Assembly: GCA_964429865.1 (NCBI GenBank)
Contig: CAYSDK010000003.1
Location: forward strand, 1 to 52,828
Reading direction: 5' to 3'
Source: an uncultured bacterium
GTDB lineage: Bacteria > Methylomirabilota > Methylomirabilia > Methylomirabilales > CSP1-5
Length of the DNA stretch: 52,828 nucleotides
The position numbers and the translations under genes were made by a program. The notes under the pieces were generated by a model. It was not told the origin of the DNA and did not search any database. It was given only the letters and a program-made list of their open reading frames with translations. Numbering within the stretch: position 1 is the first letter of the stretch; every line of letters begins with the position of its first letter. Positions 26,689 to 36,916 of this stretch are shown here, piece by piece.

Positions 26689-28044
26689 TTAGGCACCATT
26701 CGTCGGATCAGGGGGAGTGGTCGGAGCAGGGGTCACCAGCACCTTATCGACCCGGTGTCCGTCCATATCGACGATCTCGAATTGCAGTCCACCCCACTCA
26801 AAGCGATCACCGGTTGATGGTATACGCCCCAGACGGGCCATCACGAAACCGCCCAACGTATGATAGGTGCCCTCTTCTTCTCGTGGCGATCCCGCGATGG
26901 CGAGGACCTCTTTGAACTCGTCGACAGGCAACATCCCGTCCAACAGCCACGAACCATCGGCCCGTCGCACGACCTGAGGATCGGGTGACTCATCGACCGA
27001 GGGAATCTCGCCCACGATCGCCTCGAGCACGTCCTTCAGGGTGATCAGTCCCTGGATACCACCGTATTCGTCGGTCACCATTGCGATGTCGATCCCGGAC
27101 TGCTTAAACAATTCAAGGACTTTCAAGGCGCGCACGCTTTCAGGAACAAATAATGGGTCTCGCACCGATGACTTGAGGTCCAACGGTTCACCGGCTAAGC
27201 TGCGAGCCAATAAGTCTTTGGCGAGGACCACACCAAGGACGTTGTCCAGGCCGCCCTGGCACACCGGGAAACGAGAGCGACCGCTTTCGGTCATCTTTCG
27301 TCGGTTCTCGTCGGGCGGGTCGTCAAGGTCGATCCAGATGATCTCCGTTCGTGGTGTCATCAACGCCCCAACCCGCCGGTCGCGCAAACCCAGGACCTCC
27401 TCCACCATATCTTCCTCTGCCTCGCTCAGGAGTCCGGCCTGGCGGCTGGCCGCCACCACGAACTTCAGCTCTTCGGGAGAGTGTATGAACGCTTCGCCTC
27501 CGGCCGGTTGAAGACCCAAGAGGCGCAGAAGCAGGTTGCCCAGGTTGTTGAGAGCATAGATAGCGGGGCGAAAGAGTCTGAGGTACCATTCGAGCGGCGA
27601 GACCACAGCCAGGGCCGTCCACTCTGTCCGCTGCAGCGCCAGACTCTTGGGCGCCAGTTCACCCAAGACAATGTGAAGCGTGGTAATGATGGTGAAGGCG
27701 ATAGTCACCGCGAGGGTGTGGGCGCCGATCACCGCCCAGTCCTTCGGGAGGAAGTCGAAGGCCGGCTCGATAAGCGCGGCCAGGAAGGGCTCGCCGATCC
27801 AGCCCAGGCCGATGGAGGACATGGTGATGCCAAGTTGGGTTGCCGCCAGGTAGGCATCCAGGTTCTTCACCGCGCGCTCCAAAATTCTCGCGAGGCGGTG
27901 CCCCTCGGCGATAAGCTGCTCCACCCGGCTGCGGCGCAGGGCCACCAATGAGAACTCGGCCGCAACGAAAAAACCATTAGCCAGCACGAGTGCGATCACG
28001 GCCAGCAGCTTTCCGCCTGTCATCCAACTAAAGAGATCATCCAT
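26689..28044 (-). CDS. CNNM/DUF21 - CBS pair - CorC/HlyC family membrane protein (hemolysin-family, putative divalent-cation efflux)
   Basis: 4-TM DUF21 N-domain (NGFFVAAEFSLVALRRSRV), CBS-pair region, and C-terminal transporter-associated domain (ADGSWLLDG...FEIVDMDGHRVDKV). Confidence 0.85.
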   Translation of the reverse strand: MDDLFSWMTGGKLLAVIALVLANGFFVAAEFSLVALRRSRVEQLIAEGHRLARILERAVKNLDAYLAATQLGITMSSIGLGWIGEPFLAALIEPAFDFLPKDWAVIGAHTLAVTIAFTIITTLHIVLGELAPKSLALQRTEWTALAVVSPLEWYLRLFRPAIYALNNLGNLLLRLLGLQPAGGEAFIHSPEELKFVVAASRQAGLLSEAEEDMVEEVLGLRDRRVGALMTPRTEIIWIDLDDPPDENRRKMTESGRSRFPVCQGGLDNVLGVVLAKDLLARSLAGEPLDLKSSVRDPLFVPESVRALKVLELFKQSGIDIAMVTDEYGGIQGLITLKDVLEAIVGEIPSVDESPDPQVVRRADGSWLLDGMLPVDEFKEVLAIAGSPREEEGTYHTLGGFVMARLGRIPSTGDRFEWGGLQFEIVDMDGHRVDKVLVTPAPTTPPDPTNGA

Positions 28045-28278
28045 GGGAAGGTGTTTCCAGCCTCCTCTCCAGCAATGGCATTTCTGGCGTCTGACACATT
28101 ATCGAGCGACACGAAGGTCTACCAATGTTCGATGATGCCATCAAGGGTCACACCGTCCATCTTCTGGGACCCGAGATACTCTGGCCTCGCCATCGCCATA
28201 ACCCCGAGCTCACACACAAATGTAACACAGGCCGATCAGGGTCTGGGGGACCGTGCGTAAGAACAGTGTGGTGCAGCA

Positions 28279-29370
28279 CTAGAGGGTGCCGGGGAGGGTG
28301 GGCTGCTCGCCCCGTCCCTCGACCGTATCCAGCTTGGCCTCAAAGCGGGCCAACGCGCCCGCCGCCTCGTCGAACCGATTCTTGGCATCCGTGAGGTGTC
28401 TGCCGGCCAGTTCGAAGCGGTCCCGGAACTTCTTGAGATCGACCTGGAGCCGTCCGAGGAGCTCCATGATCTCCTGGGCGTTCTGCTCGATGCGCAGTCC
28501 CTTCAGCCCGAGGAGGATGGTCTGGAGGTAGGCGTAGAAGCTGTTGGGGGAGACGGGGATCACTCGCCGCTCATAGGTGTACGCCCGGACGGAGTCCTCC
28601 CCTTCGTCCTTCACCATCACCTCGTAGTAGACGTTTTCCGCCGGGATGTACATGAGGGCAAAGTCGAACGTGCCTTCGTCGGGCAGGATGTACTTGTTGG
28701 CGATTTCATTCACCCGCTGCTGCACATCCTTCAGAAAGGCCTTCCGGGCCGCCCGCCGCCGCTCCTCGTCTCCCCCCCCATTTGCCTCCAGCATCTTCCG
28801 GAAGTTCTCCAGGGGAAACTTGGCGTCTACCGGGATCAGGCGACTCCCCAATCGGATGATGGCATCGACCCGCTCCCCGCTCCGGAAGGTGTACTGGAGC
28901 TCGAAGGCGTCGCCCGGGAGGATCTGGCTCAAGAGTTGCTCCAAGAGGGTTTCGCCGAAGCCGCCCCGGACTTGGGGGGGCCTCAGGATCTGCTGAAGAC
29001 TCGCGATGTCCTGGCCCACCTCCAGCATGCGCCGCGTCGACTCGTCCAGTTTGCCGAGACTCCCCCGGACCTCGCCGACGACGGCGGCGGCACGATCCAG
29101 CCGCTCTCCAATGGATTGATGGGCCTGTTGGATCAACACGGCGCTTTCCTGGAGCCGCTGATTCACCTGGGCGCCCATCTGGTGAAGCCCTTGGCTCACC
29201 GCGGTGCTGAACTGGGCGATGTCTTGCTGGAGCAGGAGGATCGAGGGATCTTGCTCCGTGCGCGCTTCTCGGAGACCCGTGAGAATCCGGGCCATCAACA
29301 CGAGGCTGACCGCCAGGACGAGGAGAAGCGCGATACCCACAACGAGGAGAATGACCGCCCAGTCCGACAC
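28279..29370 (-). CDS. rmuC: DNA recombination protein RmuC
   Basis: N-terminal TM helix, long coiled coil, and C-terminal RmuC nuclease-like region (DAIIRLGSRLIPVDAKFPLENF...ALMYIPAE). Confidence 0.85.
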   Translation of the reverse strand: MSDWAVILLVVGIALLLVLAVSLVLMARILTGLREARTEQDPSILLLQQDIAQFSTAVSQGLHQMGAQVNQRLQESAVLIQQAHQSIGERLDRAAAVVGEVRGSLGKLDESTRRMLEVGQDIASLQQILRPPQVRGGFGETLLEQLLSQILPGDAFELQYTFRSGERVDAIIRLGSRLIPVDAKFPLENFRKMLEANGGGDEERRRAARKAFLKDVQQRVNEIANKYILPDEGTFDFALMYIPAENVYYEVMVKDEGEDSVRAYTYERRVIPVSPNSFYAYLQTILLGLKGLRIEQNAQEIMELLGRLQVDLKKFRDRFELAGRHLTDAKNRFDEAAGALARFEAKLDTVEGRGEQPTLPGTL

Positions 29371-29380
29371 GTCGTTGTCC

Positions 29381-30250
29381 TCAGTTCAGAAAGTCCTGCA
29401 GATGCCGGATCTTCGCCAATGCGAGGAGCTTTTTCTTCGCCCGCTCCTCCACTTGCCGGATCCGCTCCCGCGAGAGCCTGAATCGCTTTCCCACCTCCTC
29501 AAGCGTCATGGGCTCTCCCCCCCGGAGACCGTACCGCAGCTCGATGATCATCCGTTCCCGGGAACTGAGCCCCTTCAGCAGCCGCTCCACCTCCTCCCCA
29601 AAGGCCTTGCGCACCAGCTCATCATCGGCGGGCGGGACGCGCTCTCTGCCAGAGATGAGCCCCCCCCGCCCCTCCTCCCGACGCTGAATCTCCTCGAGCG
29701 AGGCCTGCGGCCTGTTGGTCTGCAGCAATTCGTCCACCTCCGCCCGCGTCAGGTGCAGTTCCTTGGCCAGCTCCTCCTCTGTCGGCTCCACGCCCTCCTG
29801 CTGCAGCTTCTCTGCCCGTAGGCTCCGCAGCTTACTGGCCAGGCGGATCTTGCGCGCCGGAAAGCGCAAGGCCCCGCTGGCCCGGCCCAGGGCCTGCATG
29901 ATCGCCTGGCGGATCCACCACACGGCGTACGTAATGAATTTGACGTTGTACTCGGGGGAAAAGCGGCGGGCGGCCTCCAGCACTCCCAGGTTTCCCTCGT
30001 TGATCAGATCCAGGAGGGAGAGGCCATACCCCTGGTACTGCAGCGCTACTTTCACCACGAATCGCAGGTTGGCCTCGACGAGCTTCTTGAGGGCGTTCTC
30101 ATCCCGCTTCTGGCTCTGCTTGGCGAGGCGGAGTTCTTCGGCCTTGGTCAGGAGTGGGATGTTGACGATCCGGCGGAGATAGGCAGAGAGGGCCTCGTCG
30201 CTGATCTCCTCGTAGAACCCGGGTGTGCGTCGTGCCATGGGCTTTGGCAC
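29381..30250 (-). CDS. RNA polymerase sigma factor, sigma-70 family (group 2/3-like, 289 aa)
   Basis: Region 2 (LVEANLRFVVKVA, DLINEGNLGVLEAARRF, FITYAVWWIRQAI) and region 4 (MTLEEVGKRFRLSRERIRQVEERA). Lacks region 1.1 and the long spacer of primary RpoD. Confidence 0.85.
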   Translation of the reverse strand: MPKPMARRTPGFYEEISDEALSAYLRRIVNIPLLTKAEELRLAKQSQKRDENALKKLVEANLRFVVKVALQYQGYGLSLLDLINEGNLGVLEAARRFSPEYNVKFITYAVWWIRQAIMQALGRASGALRFPARKIRLASKLRSLRAEKLQQEGVEPTEEELAKELHLTRAEVDELLQTNRPQASLEEIQRREEGRGGLISGRERVPPADDELVRKAFGEEVERLLKGLSSRERMIIELRYGLRGGEPMTLEEVGKRFRLSRERIRQVEERAKKKLLALAKIRHLQDFLN

Positions 30251-30264
30251 CCGTCATGGAGGGC

Positions 30265-31653
30265 TTAACCCTTCGTCGAGGGGATGACGATGAAGCGGCT
30301 ACTCTTCCCGCGCTGCACCAGCAGCAGCAGTTCCGTCTCGGGCCGGGACGCCTGGAGCATCGCGAGGAGGTCCTGACGGCTCTTGACCGGCTGGCGGTCA
30401 ACCTCCAGGATCACGTCTCCCGGCCGGAGCCCCCGGCGGAACGCGGGACTCCCCGGCTCGACCGACGAGACCAAGACCCCGCCCTCTTTCACCTGGAGTT
30501 TTTCCCGGAGTTCAGGGGTGAGATCCTGAACCGCAAACCCATGCCGCTCGAAGGACTCGGGAGTAACGACCGCCGCCTCTTCGGTCGGCATCTGCCCCAC
30601 GGTTGCGTTCAGGGTCAGGTCCTTGCCCTTGCGATTGACCTTGACCGCCACCTGTGTTCCCGGCCGAAGCGCAGCGACCAGGCGTTGAAGCCCGCGGACG
30701 TCGGTGACGGGTTTTCCACCAACCGCCTGGATCACGTCCCCCGTCGTGAGCCCGGCCTTCTCGGCGGGCCCCCCTTCAAGGACATCGCCAACCACGACGC
30801 CCTCTCCCGCCTTGACCCCGAACTGCCGGGCCAGCTCCGGGGTCAGGGGCTGAATGAGCACACCGAGCCACCCACGGGTGATCCGGCCCTCTTTGATCAG
30901 TTGCTCCATGATCTCCCTGGCGGGGGTGATGGGGATGGCAAAGCCGATGCCCTGGCCGCTCGCCACGATGGCGGTGTTGATCCCGATGACCTGCCCGTCG
31001 ATGTTCAACAGGGGACCCCCGCTATTCCCCGGATTGATGGAGGCATCGGTCTGAATGAAATCCTCATAGGCCGTGATCCCCATGCCGGCGCGCCCGGTGG
31101 CGCTGATGACGCCGACCGTGACCGTGTGGCTCAGTCCAAAGGGATTGCCAATGGCGATCACAAAGTCACCGGTCCGGATCTTCGCCGAGTTCCCCAGGGG
31201 CGCCGGCTTGAGATCTTTGGCTCCCTCGATCCGGATCACGGCGAGATCGGTCTTGGGATCGGTCCCGATCACCTTGGCCTGAAAGGTCCGCTCGTCCACC
31301 AGCGTCACCTGGATCTCGTCGGCCTGCTCCACCACATGGTTATTCGTCAGGATGTAGCCCTTGGCATCCACGATGACCCCGGACCCCAGACTCCGCCGCT
31401 CGAAAAATCGCTCGAAGAACTCCTCGCCGAAGAACTCGCGGAATGGGCCTCGGAAGAAGGGTTCGATCTCACGGCGGCTGGGCTGGACCTTTTGCGTTGT
31501 GCTCACGTTCACCACCGAAGGCTTCAGCCGCTCGGCCACCTCCACGAAGACTTGCTGCATGCGCTCCACCAGGGCACGATCCCTCGGGTCGGCGGCGCCG
31601 ACAGAGGGGGGGAAAGCGATCACGACACACAGAGCGAGGAAAACCTTCATCAT
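30265..31653 (-). CDS. htrA: Periplasmic serine endoprotease HtrA/DegP/DegQ with two PDZ domains
   Basis: Catalytic triad context (NNHVV, DLAVIRI, GNSGGPL) and two PDZ domains. The likely start is [20 protein letters not shown] (signal peptide) at 31653. The open frame extends to 31767. Confidence 0.9.
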   Translation of the reverse strand: MMKVFLALCVVIAFPPSVGAADPRDRALVERMQQVFVEVAERLKPSVVNVSTTQKVQPSRREIEPFFRGPFREFFGEEFFERFFERRSLGSGVIVDAKGYILTNNHVVEQADEIQVTLVDERTFQAKVIGTDPKTDLAVIRIEGAKDLKPAPLGNSAKIRTGDFVIAIGNPFGLSHTVTVGVISATGRAGMGITAYEDFIQTDASINPGNSGGPLLNIDGQVIGINTAIVASGQGIGFAIPITPAREIMEQLIKEGRITRGWLGVLIQPLTPELARQFGVKAGEGVVVGDVLEGGPAEKAGLTTGDVIQAVGGKPVTDVRGLQRLVAALRPGTQVAVKVNRKGKDLTLNATVGQMPTEEAAVVTPESFERHGFAVQDLTPELREKLQVKEGGVLVSSVEPGSPAFRRGLRPGDVILEVDRQPVKSRQDLLAMLQASRPETELLLLVQRGKSSRFIVIPSTKG

Positions 31654-31763
31654 GCGCCAGAGCCCCTTTTGAGAAAGCCCCGTGACTGTACTCACCATGG
31701 AACAGACCTCCACCTCGATTCTCTCGCAAAACTGTTTCACGCTAGCACAGGGAATCCGGACTG

Positions 31764-32924
31764 TCAATCGGGGGGCCAGGTGGGAGAGATCTGCAGGTCG
31801 TCAGCGGTCCCGATCCGACCGTCGAGCCCCGGACTCGTCAACCGGTACGTCGCCTGGCGACGCTCATAGATCCAGGGGCGCCCCCAGGGATCCTGCAGGT
31901 CCCCGACGTACAGTCCCTCGGTCCGGAGTTCGGTCAGGCTATTGGGGTACCCGAGACGCAGCAGCAGATACTCGTCCAGGGCACGGGGAAGCTCTCGTCC
32001 GGCCAGGGTGAGCCTCCGCGTCTGGACTTCGGCCTCTGCCACCAGCCGAGAGGAGGGGAACAAGCGCAGGGGATCATCGCTCGCGCGGAACAGAAGCACG
32101 AGAAAGGCGAGCGCCACGGCTCCGGCCGCACCCGGGGCCACCCACGGGGGAAGGCGTCTGGGGGCCCGCACGGGCCGGAGCTCTTTTGCCCCGGCCTCGG
32201 CCCGCTGCTCGAGCTGCAGAGCTCCTGCCGCCAGCAGATCGGCGATCCCCTTGTAGGCGTCGAACTCTCCGAGGTCGCACAGCTCGGCAATCTCTCGGGC
32301 ACTCCGTCGGCCATCCACCAGTTCGAGGACGGTGAGGGCCTCGGGAGGGGCCTGATCGCGATAGGCCGGCCGGTTACTTCGTCGGACGACCAGATCCAGC
32401 GAAGGGATCCGTCGTTCGATCATCGGCCACTCATCCATCTGACGGACGGCCTCCAGGAGGACGGTCTCCGTCCCCACGGGCGGGATCTGACCTCGACTCA
32501 GGTCCACCGGCGTTTGCGCGGCAAATGTATACTTCCCATCCCGCCAACGGAGGGCCCGGTAGAGGGTTTCGCGCACCAGGCGCTGCACCACCTTTTCGAT
32601 ATCGCGAGGGGAAACCCACTGCCCCTCCAGGAGGAAGGGGACCAGGCGCTGTCCCTTGCGGGCCCGCATCTGCCGCACCTCCTCCCACCGCTCCCGGGTG
32701 ATCAGTTCACGGCGAGCCAGAACCCGGCCCAGGTCCGCCTCGAAAGCCTCGTCGGGGAGGGCCGCCCAAACCACCATGCCGTCCTGTACGACGACGTTGA
32801 TGGTTTCGTCTTTCCTCGTCAGGGTGAGGACGCCGGTCTTTCGCTGCATGCCGATCAGCTGGAGGATATCGATCAGGGCAAAGTCTTGGAGTGTCCCCTC
32901 TAGCGCCATGGCCCACCCCCCCAC
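31764..32924 (-). CDS. DUF4388 (PATAN-like) domain protein with TM segment and GspG-like C-terminal domain
   Basis: N-terminus [28 protein letters not shown] is the DUF4388 hallmark. A central hydrophobic helix follows ([20 protein letters not shown]). The C-terminus [10 protein letters not shown]....[17 protein letters not shown] resembles the T2SS major pseudopilin GspG C-domain. Confidence 0.65.
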   Translation of the reverse strand: MGGWAMALEGTLQDFALIDILQLIGMQRKTGVLTLTRKDETINVVVQDGMVVWAALPDEAFEADLGRVLARRELITRERWEEVRQMRARKGQRLVPFLLEGQWVSPRDIEKVVQRLVRETLYRALRWRDGKYTFAAQTPVDLSRGQIPPVGTETVLLEAVRQMDEWPMIERRIPSLDLVVRRSNRPAYRDQAPPEALTVLELVDGRRSAREIAELCDLGEFDAYKGIADLLAAGALQLEQRAEAGAKELRPVRAPRRLPPWVAPGAAGAVALAFLVLLFRASDDPLRLFPSSRLVAEAEVQTRRLTLAGRELPRALDEYLLLRLGYPNSLTELRTEGLYVGDLQDPWGRPWIYERRQATYRLTSPGLDGRIGTADDLQISPTWPPD

Positions 32925-35041
32925 TTTGAGCGACCGCGGCTGAACGTGAACGCGCTGAAGAGGCTGAAGAGATAGACGGAGAGGAGCACGAGGATGCTCA
33001 GAGATCCGTGGTACGGGAGCGATATGCCGGGAAGATACGTCGCCGGGGCAAGGAGTTGTCCGAGGAGCGGGGAGACAGCCAAGACCGTGGCAGTGAGCAA
33101 CACAAAACCCTTGAAGGTCCGCCCCCGGTAGAGCCCCTCAACCCCCGGGATGAGCGCAAGGGCAACCCCGAGCAACTTCGAGGGCCGCTTCATTTCTTCG
33201 AAGGGAAGACTCTTGATCATGCGAGGCATCTCCCCTGCCCGCGACCGCCGAATAATCGCACAGCGGGTGCAGAACCGGATCTCGCCCAGCAGCCGCTGAC
33301 ACCGGGGGCAGAAGACCCTGCCGCATTCCTGACACGCCCGGGCAAACCTCCGCCGCTTCCGCAACCACAGAATCCCCACGAAGGTCACGAGATACCCCCC
33401 CACCGCCCAGGGAAGTTGGAACAGGGAGACCCTCAGAAATCTTCCGCCCCACAACACCTCCACCATCTCCGGGGATGGCGCATCGAAGACGAGAATCCGG
33501 TGCCAGAGGTCTGTCACCGGAAGCGGCGCGTCGAGGATGATCCGCTTTCTCCCCTCTGCTCCCGCCCGTCGAATACGAGATTGCAGGGATGGCAGCTGGT
33601 GGATTGCCCGCACATACTCCTGTTCCGCCTGGTCCAAGAGGAGCCGCTCCGTGAACAACTGGCTCAGATTGAAGTGCGGATAGGCCAGGTCGGGACTCAA
33701 GGCAATGGCCTTTTCGTAGGCGGCCTCTGCCTGGGCCAGGTCCCCCGCGAGGAAGGCCAGGTTTCCCCGGTTGGTCCAGCTCGCCGCCTGAAGCGCCCCA
33801 CCCCCCTTGACCTGGGAGTACCGCTCGATCCCGCGCGCAAACTCACCCCGAAGCCGATACATCCGTCCGAGAGAAAACCGCGGCACGGGGTCCTGGAGGG
33901 CCTCGTCCGCCCAGCGGAGCAGCGTGGCCTCCGTGGCGGCTTCGGGATCCCCCTCCTCGAGCCTGAGCAACGCGACAAATTGGGGCGAGGTCGTGCCGGT
34001 GATCAGGCTGGCGAGGAGACGATATCCCCCCGGAAGGAGCAGGAGGGAGAGGACCAAGGCGATCCAGAGCGCGCGTTCTCGACCCTTGAGGTAGATCCCG
34101 AGAGGCACGAGAGTCAGCATGACGGCGGGCAGCAGGCCGAAGCCGAGGATGACGGGAAGCAGGTACAGCATCATGAGGAGGAGCACCTGACTCGCAGGGG
34201 AGAGCCGTCGTCGCCCCCACTCGGCGACGTCATGTTGGAAGACGGGTGACACCCGCAGGACGAGTAAGACCCCTACCAGCAAGAGAGCGATGGGGAGTGC
34301 GAGCAGGAGAGAGGCCAGGATGTTCGCCCAGTGGCTCGGCCCATACAAGGGCGAGGCCAGGCTGAGCCACCAGCCCCAGATCAGAGCCAGAAGCCCCCCC
34401 GGATTGCCGCGGCCCAGCAAGATCCGGGCCCGGGCGAAGGAGACTTCGGGGAGGGCTGGGTCAAACTCCTCCGCCAAGTCTAACGCCCTCTCCGCCCCGG
34501 GCATATCGTTCCGTGCGGCGAGCGCCCCGGCCGAGTGCGCCAGGTGCCAGCCCATATACGCAATGCGATCGAGACCCAACCGGTCCCGAACCTCCCGAAT
34601 CTGTCGCAGCTCGTGATCTGCCGCCCGGTCCTCGCCCAGGCGGAGAAACGCGCGATAGAGCAGCCACCGAACAGCCACGCGGTCCCCCGCCCGTTGAGAG
34701 GCCTCGGCGAGAGCAGCTGAAATGCCTCCCGCCTTGGTCAGGGTGGACAGGGCTCCCCTGGCGAGGGGCAAGAACGGGTTCGAGGCCTCCTGCCGGCCCA
34801 CGTCCTGCAGGTTCGCGGCGAGCAGCGCGATGGTCGAGGCGTCCGGTGGCTTGCCCCCCTGAATGAACTGTTCGAGGGCCGGCACTCGTCCAAACACTCG
34901 CTGCCAGAGCGCGACGGCCTCTCGCACCTCGGTGAAGCCCGCCGTCTCCCCCCAGCGCGGGATCGCCACGATGAACAATAACAGCAGCCCGACTATCTTG
35001 ATGTGTCTGAGCACCCTCACACTCAATATGCCACCCGACAT
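32900..35041 (-). CDS. Polytopic membrane protein with TPR repeats and a CxxC...CxxC zinc-ribbon
   Basis: 713 aa with several hydrophobic helices, TPR-like block (GNLAFLAGDLAQAEAAYEKAIALSPDLAYPHFNLSQLF), and CQECGRVFCPRCQRLLGEIRFCTRC. No specific family recognised. Confidence 0.6.
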   Translation of the reverse strand: MSGGILSVRVLRHIKIVGLLLLFIVAIPRWGETAGFTEVREAVALWQRVFGRVPALEQFIQGGKPPDASTIALLAANLQDVGRQEASNPFLPLARGALSTLTKAGGISAALAEASQRAGDRVAVRWLLYRAFLRLGEDRAADHELRQIREVRDRLGLDRIAYMGWHLAHSAGALAARNDMPGAERALDLAEEFDPALPEVSFARARILLGRGNPGGLLALIWGWWLSLASPLYGPSHWANILASLLLALPIALLLVGVLLVLRVSPVFQHDVAEWGRRRLSPASQVLLLMMLYLLPVILGFGLLPAVMLTLVPLGIYLKGRERALWIALVLSLLLLPGGYRLLASLITGTTSPQFVALLRLEEGDPEAATEATLLRWADEALQDPVPRFSLGRMYRLRGEFARGIERYSQVKGGGALQAASWTNRGNLAFLAGDLAQAEAAYEKAIALSPDLAYPHFNLSQLFTERLLLDQAEQEYVRAIHQLPSLQSRIRRAGAEGRKRIILDAPLPVTDLWHRILVFDAPSPEMVEVLWGGRFLRVSLFQLPWAVGGYLVTFVGILWLRKRRRFARACQECGRVFCPRCQRLLGEIRFCTRCAIIRRSRAGEMPRMIKSLPFEEMKRPSKLLGVALALIPGVEGLYRGRTFKGFVLLTATVLAVSPLLGQLLAPATYLPGISLPYHGSLSILVLLSVYLFSLFSAFTFSRGRSKWGGGPWR

Positions 35042-35107
35042 CGATTGCGGCCTGTATTCTATGGAATTACCTATATTTGCACGAACTATGCCAAGATGGC
35101 ATGGGCG

Positions 35108-35135
35108 TTGACCCGCCGGACCCCTCTGATATAAT
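35108..35135 (+). promoter_or_regulatory. Strong sigma-70-like promoter (TTGACC-16 nt-TATAAT)
   Basis: TTGACC at 35108-35113 and TATAAT at 35130-35135, upstream of the CPBP gene. The implied TSS is about 35142, which argues for the GTG start at 35167. Confidence 0.5.
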
Positions 35136-35166
35136 GCGCCCCCATGAGGCCCAGGGAGGGACCGCT

Positions 35167-36075
35167 GTGCGATTCCCCGCTCGGCTCGCCTGCCTGTTGA
35201 TGGGGGTCATCGGCCTGAGTGTGCTCACTGCTCCCCTCATCAAGGGGGCGGTCGAGTGGCTCCTGCAGGCCTTTCCCTCCTCAGCACTCTTCGACCTTGA
35301 CACCGCGGGCGGCTCCTACGACTTTGGGCGAATCTACCGCCGTCTCCTTCTGCTGCTCACCCTGCTCTTGGGCACCCTCGGACGGAAGTGGCTGGGGCCG
35401 ATTTCCCTCAGAGGGATCGGGACCGGGAGCCGTCCGGGGCGCCAGTTCGGAAGCGGCTTCATGCTCGGGTGCTTTTCCCTTTCACTCTTCCTTGCAATCT
35501 TCCTCCTGATGGGCGAACGTTCGCTCGCACCGGCCGTTCCGGCAGACTGGTCCTGGCGCGCCGGCCGCGCCCTCGCTAGCGCCCTCGTCGTGGGAGTCGT
35601 GGAAGAGACGATCTTCCGTGGGTACCTGCTAGGGGGATTCCTGCGTGGTGGGTCAAGGCTCGGTGCGGTGGTGTGGAGTAGCGCCCTTTTCTCTGCCGTT
35701 CACTTTCTCCGCGCGCCCGTCCGGGTCACCCCCGGCCTTCACCTGGGCGTGGGCCTTCAGGCGCTCGTCGCGCACCTCCGTCCGCTCGGACGACCGGAGG
35801 TCTTCTTCCCCTTCGTCGGCCTCTTGCTGCTCGGTATGCTCCTTGCCTACGCCTATCTCTGGACCGACTCGCTCCCCTTCGCCATCGGGCTCCACGCCGG
35901 CTGGGTCTTTCTCGTCATGACCGCCGGTCTCTTGCTGCGGGAACCGACCGGAATCGAGTGGTTGTATGGCGAGCAGGGAGTCCTGGCCAGAGTGGTAGGA
36001 TGGACCCTCCTCCTGCTGATGGTCCCCATGCTCCGCCTCTGGATGAGGTGGACCTCGATCACCGATCACCGTTGA
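35167..36075 (+). CDS. CPBP family intramembrane glutamic endopeptidase (CAAX protease-like)
   Basis: EETIFRGYLLG (motif 1) and FSAVHF (motif 2) in a multi-TM protein. GTG at 35167 has GGGAGGG 8 nt upstream. The open frame extends to 35077, upstream of the predicted promoter. Confidence 0.75.
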   Translation: MRFPARLACLLMGVIGLSVLTAPLIKGAVEWLLQAFPSSALFDLDTAGGSYDFGRIYRRLLLLLTLLLGTLGRKWLGPISLRGIGTGSRPGRQFGSGFMLGCFSLSLFLAIFLLMGERSLAPAVPADWSWRAGRALASALVVGVVEETIFRGYLLGGFLRGGSRLGAVVWSSALFSAVHFLRAPVRVTPGLHLGVGLQALVAHLRPLGRPEVFFPFVGLLLLGMLLAYAYLWTDSLPFAIGLHAGWVFLVMTAGLLLREPTGIEWLYGEQGVLARVVGWTLLLLMVPMLRLWMRWTSITDHR

Positions 36076-36106
36076 CCGACGACCGAAGTCCGGTTCAGGG
36101 TTCAAC
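36057..36106. repeat. Heptamer-tandem element (E5), related to one arm of E1
   Basis: GATCACC GATCACC GTTGACC GACGACC GAAG... overlaps the last codons and stop of the CPBP gene. Closely resembles the minus-strand reading of 6921-6951 (GATGACCGATCACCGACGACCGACCACCGAA). Confidence 0.5.
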
Positions 36107-36118
36107 ACCCAAAACCGC

Positions 36119-36916
36119 TCATCGGCGCCTTCGGGCTTCCACCCGGACCGCCGTCCCTCGCCCCGCCTTCAGGAGACGCGCTGCGCTCCGTTGGTTCGCG
36201 AAGATTTCCACATAGCCGGCACTCCCGAGGATGGCTCCCATCTCTCCTGGCTTGAGGCGGTCATAGCTCTGCTGCAGGCCATGCATCGTCCGGCCTTTGA
36301 TCGAGACCGTGATCTCCCTCTCTGGGTGCAGGGCCGAGATCTCGCGGCCCGAGACGTTCGTAATGAGATTCCCAAACCGATCCACATGAAGGATAGAGCC
36401 CACAAGGACCCGGGCACCCTTTTTCGTCGGGACCGGCAGGCGGAGGTGCACAGAGCGCGTGGTGGCCTGTCCAAAGCGATCAATGCCACTCCGACGCGAC
36501 AGATGTCCTACCACCGGGGCAAAGACGTCCCGCCCGTGAAAGGTCTGGCTCACCGGATGGAGAAGATACGCTTCCGCGGTGATCTCCACGACCCGCCGGA
36601 TCTCACCCGAGGCGAACAGATAGCTCAAGACCCCGTTGTCGGGCGCAACGTAGTACCCATGCCTGCCCTCGGCCACGAGGCCCCTGCGCACGCCTCCCAC
36701 GCCGGGGTCAACCACCACCAGATGAATGGTCCCCTTGGGAAAGTACCGGTACGAACAGTCGAGGAGAAATGCCGCTTCGAGCACATCCTGGGGTGAAACT
36801 CCGTGGCACAGATCGACGATCTGCGCCCGAGGGTTGATGCCCAGGATCACCCCCTTCATGATCCCGACGAAGGGATCGGCGTGTCCGAAATCGGTGAGCA
36901 GGGTGATGATCCTCAA
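36119..36916 (-). CDS. SAM hydroxide adenosyltransferase (DUF62 family)
   Basis: MRIITLLTDFG N-terminus. Asp-Arg-His triad context (VVVDPGVGGVRRG, TFHGRDVFAP) is typical of the hydroxide-type members, not fluorinase/chlorinase. 265 aa. Confidence 0.8.
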   Translation of the reverse strand: MRIITLLTDFGHADPFVGIMKGVILGINPRAQIVDLCHGVSPQDVLEAAFLLDCSYRYFPKGTIHLVVVDPGVGGVRRGLVAEGRHGYYVAPDNGVLSYLFASGEIRRVVEITAEAYLLHPVSQTFHGRDVFAPVVGHLSRRSGIDRFGQATTRSVHLRLPVPTKKGARVLVGSILHVDRFGNLITNVSGREISALHPEREITVSIKGRTMHGLQQSYDRLKPGEMGAILGSAGYVEIFANQRSAARLLKAGRGTAVRVEARRRR

